From the NCBI GenBank assembly GCA_002782865.1, contig PFJC01000046.1, positions 1 through 42,796 of the forward strand: a DNA stretch of 42,796 nucleotides, read 5' to 3'. This DNA comes from Candidatus Uhrbacteria bacterium CG_4_10_14_3_um_filter_41_21 (GTDB taxonomy: Bacteria; Patescibacteriota; Patescibacteriia; UBA9934). This document shows positions 29,341-37,291 of the stretch, one piece after another. Made by a program: the position numbers and the translations under genes. The stretch's first letter is position 1. Every line of letters starts with the position of its first letter. Under the pieces are notes generated by a model. The model was not told the origin of the DNA. It saw only the letters and a list, made by a program, of their open reading frames with translations, and made no database searches.

Positions 29341-29411
29341 CCTTTAGCTTATAGCTTATAGTTATTAGATCGATCTAAAAGCTAACGGCTAACAGCTAAA
29401 AGCTAATAGCT
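29338..29411. repeat. TAGCTNA inverted heptamer array, copy 4
   Basis: tagcctttagcttatagcttatagttattagatcgatctaaaagctaacggctaacagctaaaagctaatagct; fills the gap from the ftsW stop to the murG ATG. Confidence 0.8.
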
Positions 29412-30479
29412 ATGTCAAAACATATTCTAATGACTGGTGGCGGAACATTAGGGCCGGTAACACCACTACTTGCCATAGTTCGAGTTTGGCAAAAAAGAGA
29501 TTCAAATATTCAAGTTTCTTGGATTGGTACACCTGGTGGAGCTGAACGAGCTTTGGTGGAATCAATGCATATTCCTTTTGAAACTATTTATGCTCCTAAG
29601 TTTGACAGGGATAGGCCTTGGCTTTGGCCATTTATTCCATTTTTCTTGATAGTAAGCTGCATCCAGGCGTTCGCATATCTAAAAATGAGTCGGCCAGATA
29701 TTGTTTTTACAGCCGGTGGTTATGTAAGTGTACCTGTTGTTTGGATAGCTTGGTTGCTTAGGATTCCTTCCTGGGTACATCAATTGGATGTCAAACCTGG
29801 ACTTGCAAATAAAATAATGGCGCCTTTTGCTAAAAAAATTAGTGTAACTTGGAGTGACTCTGCTGAAAGTTTTTCATCGAAAAAGACTTCAGTTGTTGGC
29901 GGAGTTGTTCGGCCGGTAGTTTTAGACGGTGATAAAGAACGAGCGCGCGATTTGTATCAATTGGATGCAAGTAAGCCAACTTTACTTGTGATTGGTGGCG
30001 GAACAGGTGCTCAATCAATCAATGATGCTTTGGCAGTAATCGGGCCCGAGTTAATTGGCAAAATGAACGTTATCCATTTGACCGGTAAAGACAAAATGAC
30101 CGATGAATTGCAAAATATTGCTGAAAACTATGTGGCTTTAGAATTTTTAGGTGAAGGCATAGCTGATGTTTTTGCCTTGTCGGATTTTGTTGTCTCACGC
30201 GCTGGTATGGGAACATTGATTGAGTTAGTGGCGCTTAAAAAACCGTGCATAATTATTCCGCTTCATAATTTTGATCAGTTGCATAACGCCAAGATGTTGG
30301 AAGATCAAAGCGCGGCTGAAGTTTTGTGGAGTATAAATCCGCAGATTTTAAAACAATCAATATTAAATTTGAGCGAGGACGACATTTTACAAAAGCAACT
30401 CTCTCGTAGACTAAGTTTATTATTTCCAACATATGGCGCAGAGGAGATTGTGACAAAGGCTTCGGAGATGATTAAATAA
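29412..30479 (+). CDS. murG: MurG N-acetylglucosaminyl transferase (GT28)
   Basis: TGGGTLGPV, GGYVS, GGGTGA, SRAG, DQLHNA. Confidence 0.93.
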   Translation: MSKHILMTGGGTLGPVTPLLAIVRVWQKRDSNIQVSWIGTPGGAERALVESMHIPFETIYAPKFDRDRPWLWPFIPFFLIVSCIQAFAYLKMSRPDIVFTAGGYVSVPVVWIAWLLRIPSWVHQLDVKPGLANKIMAPFAKKISVTWSDSAESFSSKKTSVVGGVVRPVVLDGDKERARDLYQLDASKPTLLVIGGGTGAQSINDALAVIGPELIGKMNVIHLTGKDKMTDELQNIAENYVALEFLGEGIADVFALSDFVVSRAGMGTLIELVALKKPCIIIPLHNFDQLHNAKMLEDQSAAEVLWSINPQILKQSILNLSEDDILQKQLSRRLSLLFPTYGAEEIVTKASEMIK

Positions 30480-30527
30480 ACCCTCCTTCGTGAAATACTC
30501 TGGCGGGTATTAAAAAATCAGAGTATA

Positions 30528-30559
30528 CAAAAAACCCGGCTGTCTGACCGAGTTTTTTG
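30528..30559. terminator. Bidirectional terminator
   Basis: CAAAAAACCCGG..CCGAGTTTTTTG between murG and a convergent micro-ORF. Confidence 0.7.
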
Positions 30560-30568
30560 ATCGTTTGC

Positions 30569-30697
30569 TTACGCCATTGGAGTTTCCTCTGCTGGAGTTG
30601 CCTCTTCTGCAGGCATTTCAGCTGGAGCCTCTACTGTTGGCTCTACAGGAGTTGCTATTGTGTCATCTCCTGTTGGCATTGTTGCGTCATCATTCAT
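30569..30697 (-). CDS. 42-aa acidic Pro/Ala/Glu-rich microprotein (not in ORF track)
   Basis: MNDDATMPTGDDTIATPVEPTVEAPAEMPAEEATPAEETPMA*; has its own promoter and terminator. Confidence 0.7.
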   Translation of the reverse strand: MNDDATMPTGDDTIATPVEPTVEAPAEMPAEEATPAEETPMA

Positions 30698-30727
30698 AGA
30701 ATTGTGCCTTAATAGTTAACGAATTTC

Positions 30728-30756
30728 ATTTTAGCTTATTTGAGCTGATTTAGCAA
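30728..30756 (-). promoter_or_regulatory. sigma70-like promoter for the 42-aa ORF
   Basis: TTGCTA-17 nt-TAAAAT on the minus strand. Confidence 0.6.
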
Positions 30757-30783
30757 GCATTTATTTGAGATTTTTGTAAAAAG

Positions 30784-30813
30784 CAAAATTCCAGCAGTTT
30801 TGCTGGAATTTTG
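30784..30813 (-). terminator. Terminator of the 41-aa ORF
   Basis: CAAAATTCCAGCA-GTTT-TGCTGGAATTTTG, 13-bp perfect stem with U-tract on the minus strand. Confidence 0.75.
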
Positions 30814-30842
30814 TCTCCTCGTGCTAATGCTAAGTGTGAAAT

Positions 30843-30968
30843 TTAGAATTCGTCGTCGTCCCCGTCTTCGTCATCATCGCTATCGTCACTGTCGTCGGTA
30901 GCTACAACATCAGTCTCTTCTGCATCGTCTTCCCATGACTGATCGTTGCTCATCATATCATCTTCCAT
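30843..30968 (-). CDS. 41-aa hyperacidic microprotein (not in ORF track)
   Basis: MEDDMMSNDQSWEDDAEETDVVATDDSDDSDDDEDGDDDEF*; 23/41 Asp or Glu, no Lys or Arg. Confidence 0.7.
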   Translation of the reverse strand: MEDDMMSNDQSWEDDAEETDVVATDDSDDSDDDEDGDDDEF

Positions 30969-31002
30969 ATGATAAAGTTTAGTATTAAGAATTAGCCTGT
31001 AA

Positions 31003-31030
31003 ATTGTATCAAGGGAGATAGAAAAGGCAA
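31003..31030 (-). promoter_or_regulatory. Promoter for the 41-aa ORF
   Basis: TTGCCT-16 nt-TACAAT with extended TG on the minus strand. Confidence 0.5.
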
Positions 31031-31046
31031 GGGCGTGTCAAGAGGG

Positions 31047-31075
31047 TTGATATTCTTAGGGGTTTATGCTATATT
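31047..31075 (+). promoter_or_regulatory. Promoter for tRNA-Lys
   Basis: TTGATA-17 nt-TATATT with extended TG. Confidence 0.6.
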
Positions 31076-31106
31076 GCTGACGCAACAAACAAGCACAGGT
31101 AGCTTT

Positions 31107-31134
31107 CGCCTACGCTTTTTGCTACGGCGGACAG
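31107..31134 (-). repeat. Small hairpin repeat CTGTCCGCCGTAGC..AGCG(T/A)AGGCG; second copy at 40614-40643
   Basis: Reverse complement shares 14 exact nt plus AGCG.AGGCG with 40614-40643. Confidence 0.7.
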
Positions 31135-31179
31135 GCAGCCCTTATGGCTTCGCTACCGGCAAGAAAAATAATTTAAGAT

Positions 31180-31256
31180 GCACCGGTAGCTCAGCCCGGT
31201 AGAGCAAAGGCCTTTTAAGCCTGTGGTCGTGGGTTCGAATCCCACCCGGTGTACCA
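31180..31256 (+). tRNA. tRNA-Lys(TTT)
   Basis: Acceptor GCACCGG/CCGGTGT, anticodon loop CTTTTAA, T-arm GTGGG-TTCGAAT-CCCAC, encoded CCA. Confidence 0.95.
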
Positions 31257-31290
31257 GAAAAATCACACGATAAAATCGTGTGATTTTTCT
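31256..31290 (+). terminator. Terminator after tRNA-Lys
   Basis: AGAAAAATCACACGAT-AAA-ATCGTGTGATTTTTCT, 16-bp perfect stem. Confidence 0.75.
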
Positions 31291-31297
31291 GTCTGAG

Positions 31298-31324
31298 GCT
31301 CAGTATCACCCGGTGATACTGAGC
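31298..31324. repeat. REP-like palindrome (locus D)
   Basis: GCTCAGTATCACC-C-GGTGATACTGAGC, 13-bp arms, core ATCAC-CCG-GTGAT. Confidence 0.75.
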
Positions 31325-31362
31325 ATTTTCATGAGTCGATGCATTTAATATGATTTATAAAT

Positions 31363-31721
31363 ATGGAACCAATCAATCTAGAAAAATTGCTTGCTAAAAT
31401 TAAGAGCGAGTTTTCGGAGTAAAATTTTCTAAGTGGCGCTATATTGATAAAGGGGAGGATAATCATATAATTGTTTTGGATAATAAGATTGTTTTTCGAT
31501 TTCCGCGAAGTAAATCAATTGCCATGCAGCTTGCGGGCGAAATTAAATTGATGTCTGCGATTTCAAAAAAAGTAAAAGTTGGCGTGCCTGTTTACAAGAT
31601 AATTGGACGATCGTCGACTTATGTCGGATATAGTAGGCTACCAGAGAAAGAACTGATACCAGCTAGATTTAATAAAATGTCAGTAGCCGATAAGAATATT
31701 TTTTTCCGTGTCACCCGGTGA
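31363..31721 (+). pseudogene. Truncated, frameshifted aminoglycoside phosphotransferase (APH)-like gene
   Basis: MEPINLEKLLAKIKSEF, frameshift, GVKFSKWRYIDKGEDNHIIVLDNKIVFRFPR..EIKLM..GVP; ends at palindrome E; no catalytic HGD lobe. Confidence 0.7.
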
Positions 31722-31728
31722 CACGGAA
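31704..31728. repeat. REP-like palindrome (locus E)
   Basis: TTCCGTGTCACC-C-GGTGACACGGAA, 12-bp arms, core GTCAC-CCG-GTGAC. Confidence 0.78.
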
Positions 31729-31891
31729 TTATGTTCCGGCTTATTTAGAAAAAGTTGCTGTCTCCTGACCACTCGAATACCTGCATACCTGTCCACTCCG
31801 TGTTATAATTATTATGTAAACATTTAGTGAATTAAGAAAATTAGATGGATTTCTGACGCAGCAAGCCGCTAATTTTCTAAGTGAAGAATAT

Positions 31892-33004
31892 ATGAAAATC
31901 GCCATGATTGGACAAAAGGGAATCGCTCCGGGTGAACGCGCGGGGGGAATAGAAAAGCATGTTGCTGAAATATCCGAGCGTTTGGTTGGGTTTGGCCATG
32001 ATGTCACGGTTTATGCTCGAGCAAAATATATGCCGGAAATGCCTCGGACTTACAAAGGCATTGATTTGATATTTCTGCCAACGATTTATAGCAAAAATCT
32101 TGAGGCGATTTTGCACACTTTTGTTTCAACCATCCATTGCTTGTTTCAAAAATACGATATCATCCATTATCACGGCGTTGGTCCGGCAACACTTGCTTGG
32201 TTACCAAAGCTATTTTCTCGAGAATCAACCGTAGTTGTAACTTTTCATTCACAAGACAGATTTCATGCAAAGTGGGGACTGTTTGCTCGACTCTATCTTC
32301 ATTTTGGCGAATGGGCGTCAGCTGTTTTTGCTGACTACTGCATTTCAGTTTCACACACAATGCAGGTTTTTATTCGCGATCATTACAGGCGCGAAGCAAT
32401 TTATATTCCAAACGGGGCAGAAATTAAGGACGAGCAAGGTGTTAATTTGATTGAAAAGTTTGGACTTTCAAAAAAGGGATATCTAATTAATGTCGGTCGA
32501 ATTGTTCCGCAAAAAGGTTTGCAGTTCTTAATTGAAGCTTTTCAAAAATTAGAAACTGACAAACATTTAGTGATTGTTGGTGCGCCAAGTTTTTCTGATG
32601 ATTATTATGCTCTCTTGCGTGAGCTTGCAAACGAAAATGATAAGATTCATTTTTTAGGATTTCAGAACGGTAAAACTCTAGATCAACTTTACGCCAATGC
32701 TTATTTGTATGTTCATCCGTCCGAGGCAGAAGGTTTGCCACTGGTAATTTTGGAAGCGATGAGTTTTGGTTTAGCTCCACTGGTTTCCGATATTGAACCA
32801 AATATCGAGGCAATCCATGGCGTTGGTTTTACTTTTCCGTCTGGTAATGTTGAGGAGCTAAGACAAAAACTTGAATATTTAGTTAATAATCCAGCAGCTG
32901 TTAAAAATGAAGGGGAGGAAGCACTGGCAACTGTGGATATTCATTTTAATTGGGATAAAATTACGGAACATATTGAAGCCGTTTATATAACAGCTAGACA
33001 TTAA
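31892..33004 (+). CDS. GT4 glycosyltransferase
   Basis: MKIAMIGQKGI..GGIE, GRIVPQKG, EGLPLVILEA. Confidence 0.92.
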   Translation: MKIAMIGQKGIAPGERAGGIEKHVAEISERLVGFGHDVTVYARAKYMPEMPRTYKGIDLIFLPTIYSKNLEAILHTFVSTIHCLFQKYDIIHYHGVGPATLAWLPKLFSRESTVVVTFHSQDRFHAKWGLFARLYLHFGEWASAVFADYCISVSHTMQVFIRDHYRREAIYIPNGAEIKDEQGVNLIEKFGLSKKGYLINVGRIVPQKGLQFLIEAFQKLETDKHLVIVGAPSFSDDYYALLRELANENDKIHFLGFQNGKTLDQLYANAYLYVHPSEAEGLPLVILEAMSFGLAPLVSDIEPNIEAIHGVGFTFPSGNVEELRQKLEYLVNNPAAVKNEGEEALATVDIHFNWDKITEHIEAVYITARH

Positions 33005-33012
33005 TTGAATCA

Positions 33013-33076
33013 TGTCACCGGGTTACCACCAAAGCCGACGGTTGCGATTTTGGCGGCTGGTGGTAACCAGGTGACA
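33013..33076. repeat. Spaced REP doublet, REPIN-like (locus F)
   Basis: TGTCACCGGGTTACCACCA ... TGGTGGTAACCAGGTGACA, 19-bp arms with 1 mismatch, inner AGCCG/CGGCT. Confidence 0.78.
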
Positions 33077-33081
33077 ATCTT

Positions 33082-35700
33082 ATGAACAATCAAAAACAAA
33101 TCACTTGGCATGCCCAGAGCGCAAAAGATGTTTTGCACTCTTTTGAAGTTTTACAAACCGGTCTTTCCGAAAATCAAGTTAGAGACCGACTAAAGGAATT
33201 TGGAAAAAATCAATTACCACAAACATCGCCAAAATCTACGGTGGCGATTTTTTTGGCTCAATTTGGAAGCCCACTAATTGCGATTTTAGTTGTAGCAGCA
33301 TTTATCAGTGTTGGTTTTAAGGAATGGTTAGACGCTGGTGTGATTTCATTTGCAGTTCTTATTAATGCTGTTTTAGGTTTTGTTGAAGAATACAAAGCAG
33401 ATAGATCACTTAGAAAACTTCAATCTTTTTTGCCAGATAAAGCCAAGGTTCGTCGAGGAGGCGCTGTTTTAAATATCGATTCCATAAACATTGTTCCAGG
33501 TGACATTATTATTTTAGGCACCGGTGACAAAATTACAGCTGATGGCCGTATTATCAGCTCTAGTTTTTTGCAAGTTAACGAGGCAGCGCTTACCGGAGAA
33601 TCAATGTCAGTTAAAAAAGATGTTGTCCCAGTTGATATTGGTGCGAGTATTGCAGACCAAACCAGCATGGTTTTTGCTGGCACTGTGGTTGTAAATGGTC
33701 GCGCTGAAGTGATAACGGTTGAATCTGGCGAAAGAACGCAAATCGGTCAAATATCAAGATTAGTTGCAGATGTTGAAGATGAAAAAACGCCACTGCAACA
33801 GCAGTTAGCAGTGTTTGCGCTTTGGCTGGGCGGTGCGGTTTTGATTATATCCTCGATTGTTTTTGTAGCTGGCTTGCTCCGTGGTTTTGCGTTTTTTGAT
33901 ATGTTTAAGATTTCGATAGCGATTTCAGTTTCGGCAATTCCAGAAGGGCTGATTGTCGCCACGACAGTAATTTTGGCAATCGGGATGCAAAGGATTTTAA
34001 AAAAGAAAGCCCTGGTCCGTCGTTTAGTAGCAGCTGAGACTTTAGGAAGTGTGTCTGTAATTTGTATGGACAAAACCGGTACGCTCACGACCGGCGAAAT
34101 GAGCGTGACTGAAATCAGATTTACGAATGGCGAGTTATTGGAATCAAATCAAAGATCAGAAATCAGACAAATTTTGGGAGTAACCAGCGCAGCTCTGGTT
34201 GATGAAAATGGAGAAAATCCAGTTTTTTCCGGATCACCGACCGAGATAGCACTAGCAAAAGAGTATTGGCCAGACAGGGAAAAAATTGGAATAGAAAAAT
34301 ATGCAGAATTATCAGAACTTCCATTTGATCCGGCTTTTAAATTCAAAGCCGGAGTTTATAAACAAAATGGATCAACTGTTATGTTTGTCGTCGGTGCGCC
34401 CGATATTTTGTTGGAAAAATCAGATTTAAGCGATCAGCAAAGAAAAAAAATGCAAAGCGTTTTTGAAGAAATGACTGAGCGCGGGTTACGGGTTTTGTTG
34501 ATTGCCAAAAAGGATTTAAACGGCCAACAAACGGAAATTACATATGACGGTATCACTGATATTTCGGTTGTCGGTTTTGTCGGTCTGCAAGATCCGTTAC
34601 GAAGCAATGCTCGACATACAGTTGAAACGGCCGGAGAAGCCGGATTAAAACCGGTGATGATTACCGGCGACCATGTCATAACCGCCACGCTTGTTGCTCG
34701 CGAAGTTGGATTGCTGATTGATGAAAGTGGAATTATGACCGGATTGGAGCTTGATAAAATGAGTGATGCCGATTTGATTGCTCATATAGATAAAATCAAT
34801 GTTTTTGCGCGCGTCCTTCCAAGTCATAAACTTAGAATTGTTCGCGCCTGGCAAGATAGCGGCGCATCAGTGGCGATGGTAGGCGATGGCGTTAACGATG
34901 CTCCGGCAATGAAAGCGGCTGACATTGGTGTAGCGCTTGGGTCGGGAACTGAAGTTACTAAGGAAATCGCTGATATGGTTTTGCTGGATAATAATTTTCA
35001 AACAATTGTTGAGGCAATCCGCGAAGACAGGACCATTTTTGACAATATCCGCAAGATGATTGTTTATCTGTTGTCAGACAGTTTTAGTGAAGTGGTTTTA
35101 ATTTTTGGGGCGATTATTTTAAGCCTGCCTATTCCTATTTTGCCAGCGCAAATTTTGTGGATCAATTTGATAACCGACGGATTTCCGAGCGTTGCTCTAA
35201 CATTTGAACCGCCGGAAAAAGGGGTTATGAAAGATCCGCCACGCAATAAAAAAGCGCCGTTGTTAGATGCGGAAATGAAAGTTTTGATTTTTATTATCGG
35301 ATTGTTTACCGACGCTTTGCTCTTTGGAATTTATTTTTATTTACTTGGCCAAGATTTAGCGATACATCACATCAGAACATTTATTTTTGTGGCGCTGGGC
35401 ATCAATTCACTAATTTATATTTTTGCTGTTCGTAAATTCAGATCAAGTATTTTTCGATCAAATCCATTTGAAAATTTATATTTGATCGCCGGCGTAGGAA
35501 TAGGTTTTGTATTTTTGTTTATTCCGTTGGTGGTTCCTTATTTTAGAAATTTATTTGAATTTGAAGCTTTGTCAGTTACGGAATGGTTAGTGTTGTTGAC
35601 GCTGGCGTTATTCCAATTGGTTTTGATTGAAATTGTTAAAGAGATATTTAATTTGAAGAGAAACCGCCAGCTCGGCGAATATCAGATAAAAGTCCTATAG
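33082..35700 (+). CDS. Cation-transporting P-type ATPase (P2A, Ca2+-like)
   Basis: TGES, IPEGL, DKTGT, MITGD, GDGVNDAP, QILWINLITD. Confidence 0.95.
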   Translation: MNNQKQITWHAQSAKDVLHSFEVLQTGLSENQVRDRLKEFGKNQLPQTSPKSTVAIFLAQFGSPLIAILVVAAFISVGFKEWLDAGVISFAVLINAVLGFVEEYKADRSLRKLQSFLPDKAKVRRGGAVLNIDSINIVPGDIIILGTGDKITADGRIISSSFLQVNEAALTGESMSVKKDVVPVDIGASIADQTSMVFAGTVVVNGRAEVITVESGERTQIGQISRLVADVEDEKTPLQQQLAVFALWLGGAVLIISSIVFVAGLLRGFAFFDMFKISIAISVSAIPEGLIVATTVILAIGMQRILKKKALVRRLVAAETLGSVSVICMDKTGTLTTGEMSVTEIRFTNGELLESNQRSEIRQILGVTSAALVDENGENPVFSGSPTEIALAKEYWPDREKIGIEKYAELSELPFDPAFKFKAGVYKQNGSTVMFVVGAPDILLEKSDLSDQQRKKMQSVFEEMTERGLRVLLIAKKDLNGQQTEITYDGITDISVVGFVGLQDPLRSNARHTVETAGEAGLKPVMITGDHVITATLVAREVGLLIDESGIMTGLELDKMSDADLIAHIDKINVFARVLPSHKLRIVRAWQDSGASVAMVGDGVNDAPAMKAADIGVALGSGTEVTKEIADMVLLDNNFQTIVEAIREDRTIFDNIRKMIVYLLSDSFSEVVLIFGAIILSLPIPILPAQILWINLITDGFPSVALTFEPPEKGVMKDPPRNKKAPLLDAEMKVLIFIIGLFTDALLFGIYFYLLGQDLAIHHIRTFIFVALGINSLIYIFAVRKFRSSIFRSNPFENLYLIAGVGIGFVFLFIPLVVPYFRNLFEFEALSVTEWLVLLTLALFQLVLIEIVKEIFNLKRNRQLGEYQIKVL

Positions 35701-35795
35701 GTTCTAAATGACTTATATTAAAAAATCCACGCATAAGTGAGGATTTTGATTTGTATATTCAGTCAATTGGCAATTCCTGCTATAATTGGATCACT

Positions 35796-37253
35796 ATGGA
35801 TTTATCAAAAATCGAAAATTTTCAAGACGCTATTGTTACCGTAATGGGTCTGGGCAGATATCAACAAGGCAGCGGAATTGGTACGGCCAAATGGCTTATT
35901 CGTCATGGCGCTCAAATCATAATCACTGATCTTAAAAACGAAGTTGAATTGGAAGAGTCAATGGATTTGATTATGGGTTGGTATGAAAAATACCGTGAGT
36001 TGTACCCAGAGCGAACAATCTACTCCCCGGTTTTTGTTTTAGGTGAGCATCGCGAAGAAGATTTTATAGAAGTTGATTGTGTGGTTCAAAATCCGGGCGT
36101 GCCAAGTGAATCGGAATTTGTTCGAGCGGCGCAAGAAGCAGGCGTTTCAATAGAATCAGATGTCAGTTTATTTTGGCGTTATTGCAAATATCCAATTATT
36201 GCTGTTACCGGAACAAAAGGAAAAACAACTACAACAAAAATGATCGGAGAGATGTTAACCGCCACAGACGAAAAAGCAATCATTGCCGGCAACATCAATG
36301 TTTCACCACTGGAGTTTTTGGATGATCTTTTGCAAGAAAATCAACCACATCCAATTGTGCTGGAGCTTTCTTCTTGGATGTTAGAAAGTTTGCCACCAGC
36401 GTTTCGCGAAATTAAAAAAGGTCCAGACATTGCAGTACTTACCAATGTTTATCCAGACCACTTAAATCGCTATCACTCTTTTGGTGACTATGTTCACTCC
36501 AAAGAAATTATTTTTGAATGGCAGTCACCTGAGCAATACACGATTTTAAACTGGGATCAGGAAACAGTAAGGTTGATGGGTGAACGCGCCAAGGGAAAAG
36601 TGTTTTGGTGCTCTAAAACCTATCAAGAAGCAGATGGTTGTTATGTTAAAGATGGCCAGGTTGTTTTAAGACAGGATGGCAAAGATCAGATGATTATCCC
36701 GGTAGCCGAACTAGGCCTAAAAGGTGATCATAATTTAGAAAATGTTTTAACATCAGTAGCAGTAGCGATATTGTGGGGGATTAGTTTGGAAGTAGTTCAA
36801 AAAATTGCTCGAGAGTTTAAAGGAGTTTCCGATAGGCAAGAGTTGGTGCGCGAGGTCGATGAAATTACATATGTAAACGACACAACTGCCACCAATCCGG
36901 ATGTGGTGATGGCGGCACTAAATAGATTTGGAGCGGACGGGGATATCATTTTGATTGCTGGTGGTGCTAATAAAGAATTAAGTTACAGTGATTTAGGAGA
37001 TGCAATTGCAAACACCTGCAAACATTTGATTTTGTTTAATGGTGACGCTTCGCAGATGATAGAAGACGCAGTGGCGGACAGAGTACCAACAACATCAGGA
37101 ATTGATTCAATGAAAAAGGCGGTCCAAACAGCAAAGTCTTTGGCAGCGTCAGGGGACATTGTGTTGATGTCACCAGGGGCAGCCAGTTTCAATATGTTTA
37201 AGAATGAATTTGATCGTGGGGAGCAGTTCCGTGAGGAAGTGAGGAATCTGTAG
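35796..37253 (+). CDS. murD: UDP-N-acetylmuramoyl-L-alanine--D-glutamate ligase
   Basis: VMGLG, NPGVP, TGTKGKTTT, ELSSW, DHLNRY, NDTTATN, SPGAASF..F..RG; TGCTATAAT before ATG 35796. Confidence 0.94.
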   Translation: MDLSKIENFQDAIVTVMGLGRYQQGSGIGTAKWLIRHGAQIIITDLKNEVELEESMDLIMGWYEKYRELYPERTIYSPVFVLGEHREEDFIEVDCVVQNPGVPSESEFVRAAQEAGVSIESDVSLFWRYCKYPIIAVTGTKGKTTTTKMIGEMLTATDEKAIIAGNINVSPLEFLDDLLQENQPHPIVLELSSWMLESLPPAFREIKKGPDIAVLTNVYPDHLNRYHSFGDYVHSKEIIFEWQSPEQYTILNWDQETVRLMGERAKGKVFWCSKTYQEADGCYVKDGQVVLRQDGKDQMIIPVAELGLKGDHNLENVLTSVAVAILWGISLEVVQKIAREFKGVSDRQELVREVDEITYVNDTTATNPDVVMAALNRFGADGDIILIAGGANKELSYSDLGDAIANTCKHLILFNGDASQMIEDAVADRVPTTSGIDSMKKAVQTAKSLAASGDIVLMSPGAASFNMFKNEFDRGEQFREEVRNL

Positions 37254-37278
37254 GGGCGAGGCGTTGCCTCGCCCGTAC
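37250..37278. repeat. GTAG-type REP between murD and murE
   Basis: GTAG-GGGCGAGGC-GTT-GCCTCGCCC-GTAC; supplies the murD stop TAG. Confidence 0.75.
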
Positions 37279-37291
37279 GACGAATGTGGAT

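Noticed and set aside
31298-33076. True integron attC sites
   Set aside because: No RYYYAAC..GTTRRRY boxes with extrahelical bases and no tyrosine integrase in the window
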